From: Chloroflexota bacterium
Lineage (GTDB): Bacteria; Chloroflexota; Anaerolineae; UBA4142
Assembly (NCBI GenBank): GCA_016219275.1
Contig: JACRBM010000091.1
Coordinates: forward strand, 12,154 to 44,153
Reading direction: 5' to 3'
DNA: 32,000 nt
Shown: one piece after another, positions 8,499-17,499 of the stretch
Layout of the letters: every line of letters begins with the position of its first letter
Numbering within the stretch: the first letter of the stretch is position 1
Position numbers and translations under genes: made by a program
The notes under the pieces: generated by a model
What the model saw: the letters and a program-made list of their open reading frames with translations, nothing else
Told to the model about the DNA's origin: nothing
Databases searched by the model: none

Positions 8499-9536
8499 AT
8501 GTCCAAGCCAACCATCAAAGATGTAGCACACGCCGCCGGTGTTTCGACGGCAACCGTCTCGCGCGTATTGCATGAGAACGGATATGTCTCCGATGAAGCA
8601 CGAAAGTTAGTCGAACAGGCGTTGGAAAAAACCGGCTTTCGGCTCAATCTCGTCGCGCAAAGTCTGCGCCGCCAACATTCGCGCATTATCGGGCATCTGC
8701 TCACCAACCTCGTGCCTAATCCGTACTTCGCCAGCGTCGAAGCCGGCGTTGAAGAAATCGCGGTTAAGAACGGCTACAGCGTTCTCGTTTGGAACACCTT
8801 GGCGAATGCGGATCGCGAACGCGAAGGTGTGGAAGCGTTCATCGATCGCCGGATCGATGCAATGATTTTCACGACGCCGCGCAACGTCAAAAACGTCCAA
8901 GCCGCAAAGCAAGCGGGGATTCAAGTCGTGCAAATCGAAAAGCCGGTTTACACGAGTTCGCATCTCGTGATGGTCGATAATTACAGCGGCGCGGCGAGCG
9001 CGATGGAGCATCTCATCGCATTGGGGCATCGCCGCATCGCGTTTGTCGGTCGCGTGACGCCGCCGAATCTTCAGAAAAATTACGAAGCCGATCAGCAGCG
9101 CTTCAAAGGTTATCAAGATGTGATGCGCAATCATGACCTTATACCGGATGAACGCTGGGTCTGTCTGAATGTGGACCCGTACTCCGTTGCGGATGGCTAT
9201 CGTTTTGCTAGTACGATTCTCGCGCAAACGCCGCGCGTCACCGCGATTCTCGCTGGCTGCGATATTCTCGCCGCCGGTGTACTTCAAGCCGCGTACGAAC
9301 TCGGAGTCCAAGTCCCCCAGGATTTATCGGTCATCGGTTTCGATAATACCTTCGCGCCATTTCTCACTCCGCCATTGACGACCGTCGATTTGCCCGCGCT
9401 CGAAATGGGACGCACTGCCGCGCGCCTTGCGATCACCGCGCTTGAGTCTGAATCGAACCGCGAAACGAACTTGCGAACGGAGACGCTCAAGGCAGAACTG
9501 ATCGTCCGAAAATCCACCGCGCGTTTATCGGGATAG
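8499..9536 (+). CDS. LacI-family transcriptional regulator
   Basis: 345-aa ORF. The N-terminal HTH is TIKDVAHAAGVSTATVSRVLHENGYVS, followed by a periplasmic-binding-protein-like sugar-binding fold. Confidence 0.92.
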   Translation: MSKPTIKDVAHAAGVSTATVSRVLHENGYVSDEARKLVEQALEKTGFRLNLVAQSLRRQHSRIIGHLLTNLVPNPYFASVEAGVEEIAVKNGYSVLVWNTLANADREREGVEAFIDRRIDAMIFTTPRNVKNVQAAKQAGIQVVQIEKPVYTSSHLVMVDNYSGAASAMEHLIALGHRRIAFVGRVTPPNLQKNYEADQQRFKGYQDVMRNHDLIPDERWVCLNVDPYSVADGYRFASTILAQTPRVTAILAGCDILAAGVLQAAYELGVQVPQDLSVIGFDNTFAPFLTPPLTTVDLPALEMGRTAARLAITALESESNRETNLRTETLKAELIVRKSTARLSG

Positions 9537-9555
9537 ATTATTTTTTTGCCTGATG

Positions 9556-9569
9556 TGTAAACGATGACA
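9556..9569. promoter_or_regulatory. LacI-family operator candidate O3 (TGTAAACGATGACA; extended ATGTGT...ACACAT)
   Basis: Same 14-mer as O1 in opposite orientation. It lies between the lacI-type gene and the ABC transporter genes. Confidence 0.55.
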
Positions 9570-9574
9570 CATTA

Positions 9575-9678
9575 CCTCACTCCTCACCCCCCTCTCTTGT
9601 CGCGCACCCTAAGCGGAGCGTAGCGAAGTCGAAGGGCAGCGACAGGAGAGGGGAGAGCGGCAGGGGTGAGGGGTGAGG
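9575..9678. repeat. Pyrimidine-arm/purine-arm palindromic element, copy A
   Basis: The left arm is CCTCACTCCTCACCCCCCTCTCTTGTCGC, with a 35-nt loop. The right arm is GCGACAGGAGAGGGGAGAGCGGCAGGGGTGAGGGGTGAGG. Confidence 0.8.
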
Positions 9679-9767
9679 TAAGGAGGGCAAGCAACGAACA
9701 CAAATTCAGAAAGCCATCATTTAATCCGTACGGAAATTTGCACGTCATCCAACCAAAGGAGTCTGAG

Positions 9768-11183
9768 ATGAAAAAGTTTTTTGCACCGTTGTTGGTCGCC
9801 CTGACCTTGATCGGTTTGATCGCCTGTCAAGCCGCGCCAACTCCAGTCCCCCCGACCCAAGCGCCCGCGCCGACGACTGCCCCTGCCCCAACGCAAGCCG
9901 CCGTCGTTCCCACCAAAGCGCCCGAGCCGACGAAAGCGCCCGAGCCAACCAAAGCCCCCGCGCCAACCATCGCGAAGCAAGTCACGTTAAAAGTCGTCGA
10001 TGTGCGCACCGATGCCAAACAGGGCGCTGCCATGGACAAGATCAACAAGCTGTTCATGGAAAAGTATCCCAACATCAAAGTCCAGCGCGAGGCAATGCAA
10101 CTCGCGGACTTGCAGACTATTGCGCCGACCAATCTTTCTGCCGGCACGACCTGGGATGTGATTGAGTACGGACCGGGCGGCAATTACGTCGGCGTGCTCG
10201 CCGATGCCGGCTTGGTGCGTCCGCTCGACAATGAAGCGAAGCAACTCGGCTGGGACAAAAAGTTCTTCAAGTGGACGATGGAACGAACATTGTGGAACGG
10301 CAAAATGTTTGGCGTCCCGAACGCGCTCGAAACCTACGGCTGCTTCTACAACGTAGATCAGTTCAAGAAACTGAACATCGAAGTTCCAAAGACTTACGAT
10401 GATCTGCTCAAGCTCGCCAAGACTGCGAAAGACAACAACCTGACGCCAATCGCGTTTGGCGATTTGGAGAAATGGCCCGCTTATCATTCGTTCAGCATGA
10501 CGACGAACAATCTGCTCGGCAATTCAAAACTCGAACCACTGCTCTACACCAAAGCGAGTTGGGACGATCCGGAAATCGCCAAAGCGATCAAGACCTGGTT
10601 CGTCGATCTGCCCAAAGCCGGCGCATTCAACACCGATCCCGTGGCGACCAAGGTCGAGGATTCACGCACCTTGTTTTACACCGGCAAAGCATTGACGATC
10701 TGCACAGGCACATTCTTGATCGGTCGCGTCGAACTCAATGCCAAAGGATTTATACCGGGGTTCTTCTACTTCCCGGCAATAGATGGCAAAGCGATCAATC
10801 CACCGGCGGGCGTTGGCAAACTTTGGATCACACCGACCAAAGCGCCCAATCCACAAGAGGCGATTTTGTACTTGGATTTCCTGACGAGCGCTGCAGCATC
10901 GAAGGTTTATCTCGAAGAAGTCGGATTGATTCCGGCGTGGCCCGTCGATACATCCAACATCAACATCAGCGCGATGATGAAAACGGTCGTCGCCGAGTTG
11001 GGCAAACCGGGTTTGAGCATGGGACACAACATCGACGTCGAAATGCCGGCGAACTTTGTGCTGGCAATGGGCGATGGTTTCCAAGCTGTTCTGCTCGGAC
11101 AGAAAACACCTGAGCAAATGGCGAAGGACTTGCAAAAAGCCAAAGAGGATGCGATTGCCTCCGGCGCGATGAAGGTCAAGTAG
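9768..11183 (+). CDS. Sugar ABC transporter substrate-binding lipoprotein (family 1 extracellular solute-binding protein)
   Basis: The start was moved to ATG 9768 (AAGGAG upstream). The signal peptide has a lipobox (LIGLIAC) followed by a Pro/Thr/Ala linker with APEPTK repeats. The body is MalE-like. Confidence 0.9.
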   Translation: MKKFFAPLLVALTLIGLIACQAAPTPVPPTQAPAPTTAPAPTQAAVVPTKAPEPTKAPEPTKAPAPTIAKQVTLKVVDVRTDAKQGAAMDKINKLFMEKYPNIKVQREAMQLADLQTIAPTNLSAGTTWDVIEYGPGGNYVGVLADAGLVRPLDNEAKQLGWDKKFFKWTMERTLWNGKMFGVPNALETYGCFYNVDQFKKLNIEVPKTYDDLLKLAKTAKDNNLTPIAFGDLEKWPAYHSFSMTTNNLLGNSKLEPLLYTKASWDDPEIAKAIKTWFVDLPKAGAFNTDPVATKVEDSRTLFYTGKALTICTGTFLIGRVELNAKGFIPGFFYFPAIDGKAINPPAGVGKLWITPTKAPNPQEAILYLDFLTSAAASKVYLEEVGLIPAWPVDTSNINISAMMKTVVAELGKPGLSMGHNIDVEMPANFVLAMGDGFQAVLLGQKTPEQMAKDLQKAKEDAIASGAMKVK

Positions 11184-11194
11184 AGTATCGATAA

Positions 11195-11287
11195 CCTCAC
11201 CCCCTTCCCCCCACCCCCTTCCCCCTCTCCTGTCGCTGAACTGCGCGACAGGAGAGGGGGAAGGGGGCAAGGGGGATGGGGGTGAGG
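11195..11287. repeat. Pyrimidine-arm/purine-arm palindromic element, copy B
   Basis: CCTCACCCCCTTCCCCCCACCCCCTTCCCCCTCTCCTGTCGC, then an 8-nt loop, then GCGACAGGAGAGGGGGAAGGGGGCAAGGGGGATGGGGGTGAGG. It sits between the binding-protein and permease genes. Confidence 0.85.
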
Positions 11288-11299
11288 AGGAGAGTCCGA

Positions 11300-12250
11300 A
11301 TGCAAGTTCAACCCCAAGTGATTGTCGGGAAAAATGTCGCCATGAGTACTGCGCGCAATTCTTTTTTCACCCGCTGGCTCGATAAAAACAAAACCGGTTT
11401 TCTGTTCGTGTTGCCCGCGCTGATCTTTTATACGATCTTTTTCTTCGTTCCGATTCTCAACACGATCTACTATAGCTTTGTGCGCTGGAACGGCGCGGCG
11501 CCGACAATGCAATGGGTCGGTCTCGCGAATTACGCGCAGATGTTTCAGGACACCCAGTTGTGGTCTGCGTTTCAGCACAACGTCACCTGGATCATTGCCG
11601 GCACGCTTGCACCAATTGCGATTGCGCTGCCGCTCGCTTTACTCGTGACCAACATATCGCGCGGTCGGCTATTTTATCAGACGGCGTTCTTCATGCCGCA
11701 CATTCTCTCGAACGTCGTCGTCGCCGTGATCTGGGGTTGGATTTACAGTCCGCAGTTTGGTTTGCTCAACGCGGCGTTGCGGAACCTGGGTCTCGATTCG
11801 TGGACGCGCGGTTGGCTCGGCAATCCGCAAACGGCATTGTTTGCGATTGTCGCTGCCGCGGTGTGGCACTATATCGGTTTTTGTTTGGTGATTTTTGTCG
11901 CGGGCTTGCAAGATGTTGACGTGACCTTGATCGAAGCCGCGAAGATGGATGGCGCGAATGAACTCCAGCGATTCTTTCACGTCATCATTCCACAGATGCG
12001 CCACGTGCTCAACATGGTGATCGTCTACACGTTGATCGGCGGCTTTAATGTGTTCGACATTGTGCGCGTGATGACGGATGGCGGTCCCGCCGGCAACACC
12101 GAGTTGATTGGAACATACGCTTACAAGATGTCGTTCCGCACATTAAACATCGGTTATGGCGCGACGATTTCCGTGCTCATCATGGTTCTCTCGCTCGGCG
12201 CGTCCATCGTGTACAACTTGCTGCGCGATCGCGAGGAGGTCAGACGATGA
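11300..12250 (+). CDS. Sugar ABC transporter permease (MalF/BPD_transp_1 type)
   Basis: The start is probably ATG 11300 (GAGGAGGAG upstream). It is a multi-TM protein with a typical permease topology. The track start 11276 lies inside repeat B. Confidence 0.85.
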   Translation: MQVQPQVIVGKNVAMSTARNSFFTRWLDKNKTGFLFVLPALIFYTIFFFVPILNTIYYSFVRWNGAAPTMQWVGLANYAQMFQDTQLWSAFQHNVTWIIAGTLAPIAIALPLALLVTNISRGRLFYQTAFFMPHILSNVVVAVIWGWIYSPQFGLLNAALRNLGLDSWTRGWLGNPQTALFAIVAAAVWHYIGFCLVIFVAGLQDVDVTLIEAAKMDGANELQRFFHVIIPQMRHVLNMVIVYTLIGGFNVFDIVRVMTDGGPAGNTELIGTYAYKMSFRTLNIGYGATISVLIMVLSLGASIVYNLLRDREEVRR

Positions 12251-13113
12251 CAACAATTTCGATCACACGCGCAAATTCAAAAATAAAACCGCTCAAAGTT
12301 TTTATCGATGGACTCAAGTACAGCGTCCTCACGCTTGTGTTGGCGCTGATGATCGCGCCGCTCTTGTTGATGTGGATGTCGGCGATGAAGACGACCGTCG
12401 AAGTCGAAACCGATCCGCTCGCGCTGCCGCAGCGTTGGTCGTTCGATAATTTGGCGACGGCATGGACGGTCGGACGTTACGCGCTCTATGCACAGAATTC
12501 GATCCTCATCACGATTCCCGTCGTCGGCGGCGTGGTGGTGTTGTCATGTCTCGCCGGCTATGGTTTTGCGCGACTCAGGTTCGCCGGACAAAAGGCGCTC
12601 TACTATTATCTCTTGCTCGGTTTGATGGTGACCGTTCAATCGATCATGATCCCCCTGTTTTACAATGTCAAGAACCTGGGTCTGCTCGGTTCGCACTGGG
12701 CGATGATTCTTCCTTCGATTGGACTCGGCATTCCATTCGGAACATTTTTGATGTATTCATTTTTTCGCGGACTGCCGGAAGAACTGGCTGACGCCGCGCG
12801 TGTCGATGGCTGCAACGAATTCCAAGTTTTCTATCGCGTCATTTTGCCGCTCACCTCACCGGCGGTTTCGTCGTTGACGATTTTTCAATTCATGTGGTCG
12901 TGGAATGCATTCTTGTTGCCGCTCCTCTTTCTCAACTCCGAATCACTTCGTCCGATCACACTGGGGCTGATGTTGTTCCAAGGCGAATACACCACCGAAT
13001 TTCCACTCATCGCCGCCGGTGTCACACTGGCATCGCTGCCGATCATCATCGTGTATTTGATTTTGCAGCGACAATTTTTGCGCGGGCTAACTGCCGGCGC
13101 GTTGAAAGGTTGA
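12247..13113 (+). CDS. Sugar ABC transporter permease (MalG type)
   Basis: 288 aa, with an ATGA start/stop overlap with the upstream permease. It has the EAA-like loop (ELADAARVDGCNEFQVFYRVILP). Confidence 0.88.
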   Translation: MTTISITRANSKIKPLKVFIDGLKYSVLTLVLALMIAPLLLMWMSAMKTTVEVETDPLALPQRWSFDNLATAWTVGRYALYAQNSILITIPVVGGVVVLSCLAGYGFARLRFAGQKALYYYLLLGLMVTVQSIMIPLFYNVKNLGLLGSHWAMILPSIGLGIPFGTFLMYSFFRGLPEELADAARVDGCNEFQVFYRVILPLTSPAVSSLTIFQFMWSWNAFLLPLLFLNSESLRPITLGLMLFQGEYTTEFPLIAAGVTLASLPIIIVYLILQRQFLRGLTAGALKG

Positions 13114-13114
13114 A

Positions 13115-13203
13115 CCTCACCCCCACCCCCTTGCCCCCTCCCCCTCTCCTGAACCGCACTTCAGGTTCAGGAGAGGGGGAGGGGGTGGGGGGAGAGGGTG
13201 AGG
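13115..13203. repeat. Pyrimidine-arm/purine-arm palindromic element, copy C
   Basis: It starts 2 nt after the permease stop codon. The sequence is CCTCACCCCCACCCCCTTGCCCCCTCCCCCTCTCCTGAACC, then a loop, then GGTTCAGGAGAGGGGGAGGGGGTGGGGGGAGAGGGTGAGG. Confidence 0.85.
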
Positions 13204-13217
13204 ATTGGAGAACACAC

Positions 13218-14264
13218 ATGGGACAAGTCCTCACCATTCAAGAACCCTTTAAGGTTGGCTTTGACGAATATGAAGACCGACCGCTGTCCGAATCTGAAGT
13301 GCGGATTCAAACACTTTATTCCGGGATTAGCGCGGGCACGGAACTCACCGCGTATCGCGGGAGTAATCCTTACTTGCACAAATTCTGGAATGAAAAAGAT
13401 CGACTCTTTGTCACGAGCCAACCGCCGTCCAAACAATATCCCATGATCGCGTTTGGTTATGAGGAATGTGGGCGCGTGATTGAAATCGGAAATCAGGTGA
13501 CCCAGCTCAAACCCGGCGATTGCGTGTACGGAAACTGGGGACATCGCACGTATCACATCGCGACCGAAGAATGGGCAGCCGCGCGTCTCATGCCGGAAAA
13601 TCTCGATCCCATGCTCGGAATCTTTAACGTGATAACCGCAATTGCATACAACGGCATCTTGGACGCGGCGATTCGTCTGGGCGAAACGGTCGCGGTGTTC
13701 GGACTCGGCACGCCGGGGCAGATGGTCGCGCAGATGGCGAAACGATCCGGCGCGCGCGTGATTGGCGTTGACATGATCGACTTGCGGTTAGACTTGGCAC
13801 AGAAGATGGGCTGGATCGATGTTGCGCTCGACGCGCGGCGAGGACGGATCGCCGAACGCATCAAGGAACTCACCGACAATCGCGGCGCGGATGTTGTGAT
13901 CGAAGTGTCGGGCAGTTATGCCGCGCTGCATGAAGCGATCCGCGCGGCGGCGTATTCCGCCAAAGCAATCACACTCGGATTTTTTCAGGCACAAGGTTGC
14001 GACTTGTATCTCGGCGAAGAATTTCATCACAACCGCATCAACATCGTTTGTTCGCAAATCGGCGGCGTGTCGCCCGAACTCACGTATCGCTGGAATCGCC
14101 GGCGGCTGGAGCAAATGGGCATTCGTCTCCAAGCCGAGGGCGTACTCAATTTCAAACCATTGATCACACACGTCGTGCCATTCTGTAACGCGGCGGAAGC
14201 ATATCGCATTGCCGACCAGGAACCGGACAAGGCAATCCAAGTCGTTCTCGATTTTAATAACTGA
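13218..14264 (+). CDS. Medium-chain dehydrogenase/reductase (MDR) family oxidoreductase lacking the usual zinc ligands
   Basis: The start was moved to ATG 13218; the track start 12894 reads through repeat C and the upstream permease. It has GISAGTEL and FGYEECG where Zn-ADHs have C..D and GHE. The Rossmann motif is VFGLGTPG. Confidence 0.8.
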   Translation: MGQVLTIQEPFKVGFDEYEDRPLSESEVRIQTLYSGISAGTELTAYRGSNPYLHKFWNEKDRLFVTSQPPSKQYPMIAFGYEECGRVIEIGNQVTQLKPGDCVYGNWGHRTYHIATEEWAAARLMPENLDPMLGIFNVITAIAYNGILDAAIRLGETVAVFGLGTPGQMVAQMAKRSGARVIGVDMIDLRLDLAQKMGWIDVALDARRGRIAERIKELTDNRGADVVIEVSGSYAALHEAIRAAAYSAKAITLGFFQAQGCDLYLGEEFHHNRINIVCSQIGGVSPELTYRWNRRRLEQMGIRLQAEGVLNFKPLITHVVPFCNAAEAYRIADQEPDKAIQVVLDFNN

Positions 14265-14267
14265 ACC

Positions 14268-14319
14268 GCAAAGAACACGAAGAACAAAAAAAATAACTTT
14301 GTGTCCTTCGTGTCTTTGT
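14268..14319. repeat. Intercistronic hairpin (CACGAAG-type arms)
   Basis: GCAAAGAACACGAAGAACA, then an A-rich loop, then TGTGTCCTTCGTGTCTTTG. The inverted repeat is imperfect and lies between the MDR and Gfo/Idh/MocA genes. Confidence 0.5.
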
Positions 14320-14339
14320 AGTTCCATTCGGGATTCAAC

Positions 14340-15341
14340 ATGCAACAATTGAAAACGGCGATCCTGGGTTGCGGTGGTTTTGCTAATCGCCACGCTCAAA
14401 ACATCGCCTCACTGCCGGAACAATTCGAACTCGTCGCATTTTGCGATGTTGACCTTGCACGCGCTCACGCCTTCAACGAAAAGTACGGCGCGGGTCGCGG
14501 CGTGGTCTTTCAAGATCATCACGCTTTGTTTAAGCAAACGAACTTGGATTTGTGTTTGATTTGTCTGCCGCCATTCGGTCATGCCGACGAGGTTGAAATC
14601 GCCGCGCAATGCGGCGTGCATCTGCTCATCGAAAAACCGATCGCGCTCACGTCGCAACACGCCTGGCGCATGGTACAAGCGGCGGAACGCGCCGGCATCG
14701 TGACCCAGGTTGGGTTCATGTACCGGTTTGGCGCGGCGGTCGCGCGATTGAAAGAATTGATCGACAATGGTCAAGCCGGGAACCTCGGGCTGATGAGCGC
14801 GCATTATTTTTGCAATCATCTTCATGCGCCGTGGTGGCGCGACCGTGAAAAATCCGGCGGGCAGTTAGTCGAGCAAGCGATTCATCTGGTTGACTTGATG
14901 CGCTACCTGATGGGCGAAGCCGCGACGGTGTACAGTTTGCAGAACAACGTGTTCCATCGCGATCTTCCCAGCTACACCGTCGAAGATGTGTCGGGCACAG
15001 TGATCGGTTTTGAGAACGGAAGCGTCGGCGTGCTGTATGCGTCGAATGGCGCGGTTCCCAACAAGTGGCTCTACGATGTTCGCATCGTCGCCAAGAATCT
15101 CACCGCTGAATTCTCGAATGCGAATTGCGGGGTGATTACGCACACGAACGATTCGACATTGAAGACCGAAACGATTAGCTCCGATGCGAATCTTTATCTG
15201 CTCGAACTCCAAGACCTGTGGCGCGCGATTGTCAATCGCCAACCCACGCGCACGCCGATTCGTGAAGGCGCGCGCTCGCTCGATCTTGTGCTCGCCGCGA
15301 TGCGCTCGGCAAAAACGCAGAACATTGAAAGGTTACCATGA
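14340..15341 (+). CDS. Gfo/Idh/MocA-family NAD(P)-dependent oxidoreductase
   Basis: 333 aa. The N-terminal Rossmann motif is LKTAILGCGGFANRH, followed by EKP (LLIEKPIA). Confidence 0.88.
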   Translation: MQQLKTAILGCGGFANRHAQNIASLPEQFELVAFCDVDLARAHAFNEKYGAGRGVVFQDHHALFKQTNLDLCLICLPPFGHADEVEIAAQCGVHLLIEKPIALTSQHAWRMVQAAERAGIVTQVGFMYRFGAAVARLKELIDNGQAGNLGLMSAHYFCNHLHAPWWRDREKSGGQLVEQAIHLVDLMRYLMGEAATVYSLQNNVFHRDLPSYTVEDVSGTVIGFENGSVGVLYASNGAVPNKWLYDVRIVAKNLTAEFSNANCGVITHTNDSTLKTETISSDANLYLLELQDLWRAIVNRQPTRTPIREGARSLDLVLAAMRSAKTQNIERLP

Positions 15342-16504
15342 ACGCACGTCAACGCTTTTTGGCGGCGATGCACTATCAATCGCGCGACCGGTCGCCGCTG
15401 CTCGATTTCAACTTTTGGCCCGAGACCTTGCCGATCTGGCAAGAGCAAGGTTTGCCGGATTGGGTGGATCGACAAAACGAGGATGTTTTTTTTGGAATTG
15501 ATTTTTCTCTCGATAATGTTGGCGCGACCGGGGTGCGTGATGGTTTAGCGCCCACGTTCAGAAAAATAATTCTTGAAGATCGCGGCGACGTGCGTCTTTT
15601 GCAACAACGCGACGGCGTCCGCGTCGAACGGCGCAAACACATGTCGTCGTGGCACTCGGTTGGATACTTGCTCACCGATCGCGCGAGTTGGAACAAACAC
15701 TACAAGCCGCGCCTCGATCCGGCAAATCGCGTGCGCTATCCAGCCGATTGGAACACGCGTGTCAAGACATGGTGCGACCCGAATCGCAATTATCCCATCG
15801 TGTTGCCCGGCGGAAGTCTGTATGGTTGGCTGCGCAATTGGATGGGACTCGAAAATATTTCGATGGTGATTTTCGACAACCCAGTTTGGTTTGAAGAAAT
15901 GGTAACGACGGTCGCCGACTGCATCATCGGCGTGCTCGAACGCATCCTTGCAACTGGCGGCAGGTTCGACGCGTGCTCGATGTGGGAGGACATGTGTTAC
16001 AACACCGGTCCGCTCATCAATCCCAAACATTTCAAAAAATATTTTGTTCCGCACTATCGGCGCATTTCGGATTTGCTTCGCAAGCATGGCGTGGACATTA
16101 TCTATCTCGATTGCGATGGCAAGATCGACGATTTGATTCCGTTGTGGTTGGACGCCGGAATCAATTGCATGTATCCTGTCGAAGTCGGCACATGGAAGCA
16201 CGATCCAATCGAATTGTGCCAACGCTTTGGGAAAGATTTGTTGATGATGGGCGGATTCGACAAGCATTATCTTTTTGGATCTCCGGAAGAAATCGAAAAA
16301 GAAATTTATCGCCTGCTGCCGCTCGTCGAAGAAGGTGGGTACATCGGATTTCCCGATCATCGCGTTCCGCCGGACGTGCCGTACAAAAATTATGTGTTCT
16401 TCATCGAGACCCTGCGCCGGGTTTGGGGACAAGACACAAATCTGAAACCGATGGGCGTCAAATCGAAAAAGCCGAAAGAACGCCGAATGTTTTTCTATTG
16501 GTGA
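15338..16504 (+). CDS. Uroporphyrinogen decarboxylase (URO-D) family protein (MtaA/CmuA-like methyltransferase superfamily; function unknown here)
   Basis: 388 aa, with an ATGA overlap with the upstream gene. The N-terminus (RQRFLAAMHYQSRDRSP) and C-terminus (GGYIGFPDHRVPPDVPYKNYVFFIE) are typical of non-heme URO-D family members. Confidence 0.75.
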   Translation: MNARQRFLAAMHYQSRDRSPLLDFNFWPETLPIWQEQGLPDWVDRQNEDVFFGIDFSLDNVGATGVRDGLAPTFRKIILEDRGDVRLLQQRDGVRVERRKHMSSWHSVGYLLTDRASWNKHYKPRLDPANRVRYPADWNTRVKTWCDPNRNYPIVLPGGSLYGWLRNWMGLENISMVIFDNPVWFEEMVTTVADCIIGVLERILATGGRFDACSMWEDMCYNTGPLINPKHFKKYFVPHYRRISDLLRKHGVDIIYLDCDGKIDDLIPLWLDAGINCMYPVEVGTWKHDPIELCQRFGKDLLMMGGFDKHYLFGSPEEIEKEIYRLLPLVEEGGYIGFPDHRVPPDVPYKNYVFFIETLRRVWGQDTNLKPMGVKSKKPKERRMFFYW

Positions 16505-16597
16505 CCTCACCCCTCACCCCTGCCCCTCTCCCCTCTCCTGTGACTCGCGAAGCGTTCGTCACAGGAGAGGGGAGAGGGGTTGGGGAGTGGGGTGAGG
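16505..16597. repeat. Pyrimidine-arm/purine-arm palindromic element, copy D
   Basis: It starts the base after the URO-D stop codon. The sequence is CCTCACCCCTCACCCCTGCCCCTCTCCCCTCTCCTGTGAC, then a 13-nt loop, then GTCACAGGAGAGGGGAGAGGGGTTGGGGAGTGGGGTGAGG. Confidence 0.85.
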
Positions 16598-16618
16598 TGG
16601 AAACGGAACTCGTGGAAT

Positions 16619-17488
16619 ATGAATCACGCTGAATTGACTCGACTGTACGATTTCACGAATCGCGTTGTCGCGATCACCGGCGGCGCGGGTGCGCTGGGGA
16701 GCGAGATGGCGTGTGCCTTGATCGGTTGTGGCGCGCACGTTGCGATCCTCGACCGCGTTGCAGAATTGCCGCAACAATTTGTTGAGCGAATCGAAAATGA
16801 AAAGACATCCCGCTCAGGTCGTCTCGTTTTTCAGCAGACCGATGTGCTTGATCGCGCGTCACTCATCCACGCGCAAAAATCTATCGAGACGCAACTGGGT
16901 CAAGTTGATATATTGATCAATGCAGCGGGCGGCAATCATCCCAACGCGACAACTGGCGCGTATGGGAAACCAGGTGAACCGGCTGATCTCAGATTCTTCG
17001 ATCTTGCCGAAGATGGTTTGCGCCGTACGATGGATCTCAATTTTCTCGGCACGGTGTTTCCGTGCCAGGTCTTTGGTCGCGGCATGGCGGAGCGCGGCGA
17101 AGGCATCATTCTCAACATCTCTTCGATGAATGCGCTTCGACCCTTAACGCGCATCCCAGCGTACTCGGCGGGCAAAGCGGCAGTTAGCAATTTCACGCAA
17201 TGGCTCGCGGTCTACCTGGCGATGAATTATTCGCCGCGCATTCGCGTCAATGCGCTTGCGCCCGGTTTTTTCATCACCGCGCAAAGTCGTTTTCTTGCGC
17301 TCGACCCGGCAACCGGCGAATTGAGCGCGCGTGGTCGCACTGTCGTCGCGCACACGCCGATGGGTCGCTATGGCGCGCCGGACGAATTGATTGGAACGAT
17401 GTTTTGGTTGCTCTCGCCGGCATCCGCATTTGTAACTGGGACAATCGTTCCGGTGGATGGCGGCTTTTCCGCGTTTAGCGGTGTGTGA
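16619..17488 (+). CDS. Short-chain dehydrogenase/reductase, D-mannonate oxidoreductase (UxuB/YjmF)-like subgroup
   Basis: The start was moved to ATG 16619. It has TGGAGALG, NAAGGNHPNATT plus an insertion, and YSAGK catalytic motifs. Confidence 0.8.
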   Translation: MNHAELTRLYDFTNRVVAITGGAGALGSEMACALIGCGAHVAILDRVAELPQQFVERIENEKTSRSGRLVFQQTDVLDRASLIHAQKSIETQLGQVDILINAAGGNHPNATTGAYGKPGEPADLRFFDLAEDGLRRTMDLNFLGTVFPCQVFGRGMAERGEGIILNISSMNALRPLTRIPAYSAGKAAVSNFTQWLAVYLAMNYSPRIRVNALAPGFFITAQSRFLALDPATGELSARGRTVVAHTPMGRYGAPDELIGTMFWLLSPASAFVTGTIVPVDGGFSAFSGV

Positions 17489-17499
17489 AAAAAAAGATG

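Noticed and set aside
7796-8707. 303-aa minus-strand ORF spanning the GH4/LacI junction
   Set aside because: It crosses two well-supported plus-strand genes and their intergenic RBS. It has no homology signal.
12894-13217. 5' extensions of track ORFs (12894-13217, 9666-9767, 11276-11299, 16580-16618, 27242-27361, 28906-29016, 3047-3088, 7040-7087)
   Set aside because: The extensions read through upstream genes or the palindromic repeats, giving artefactual PLPPPP/GEGEG peptides. They lack ribosome-binding sites, while internal ATG or GTG codons with good SD sequences begin the conserved protein sequence.
15545-16510. 321-aa minus-strand ORF
   Set aside because: It is antisense to the URO-D-family gene. 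It has no recognisable motifs and the typical GC-rich shadow composition.
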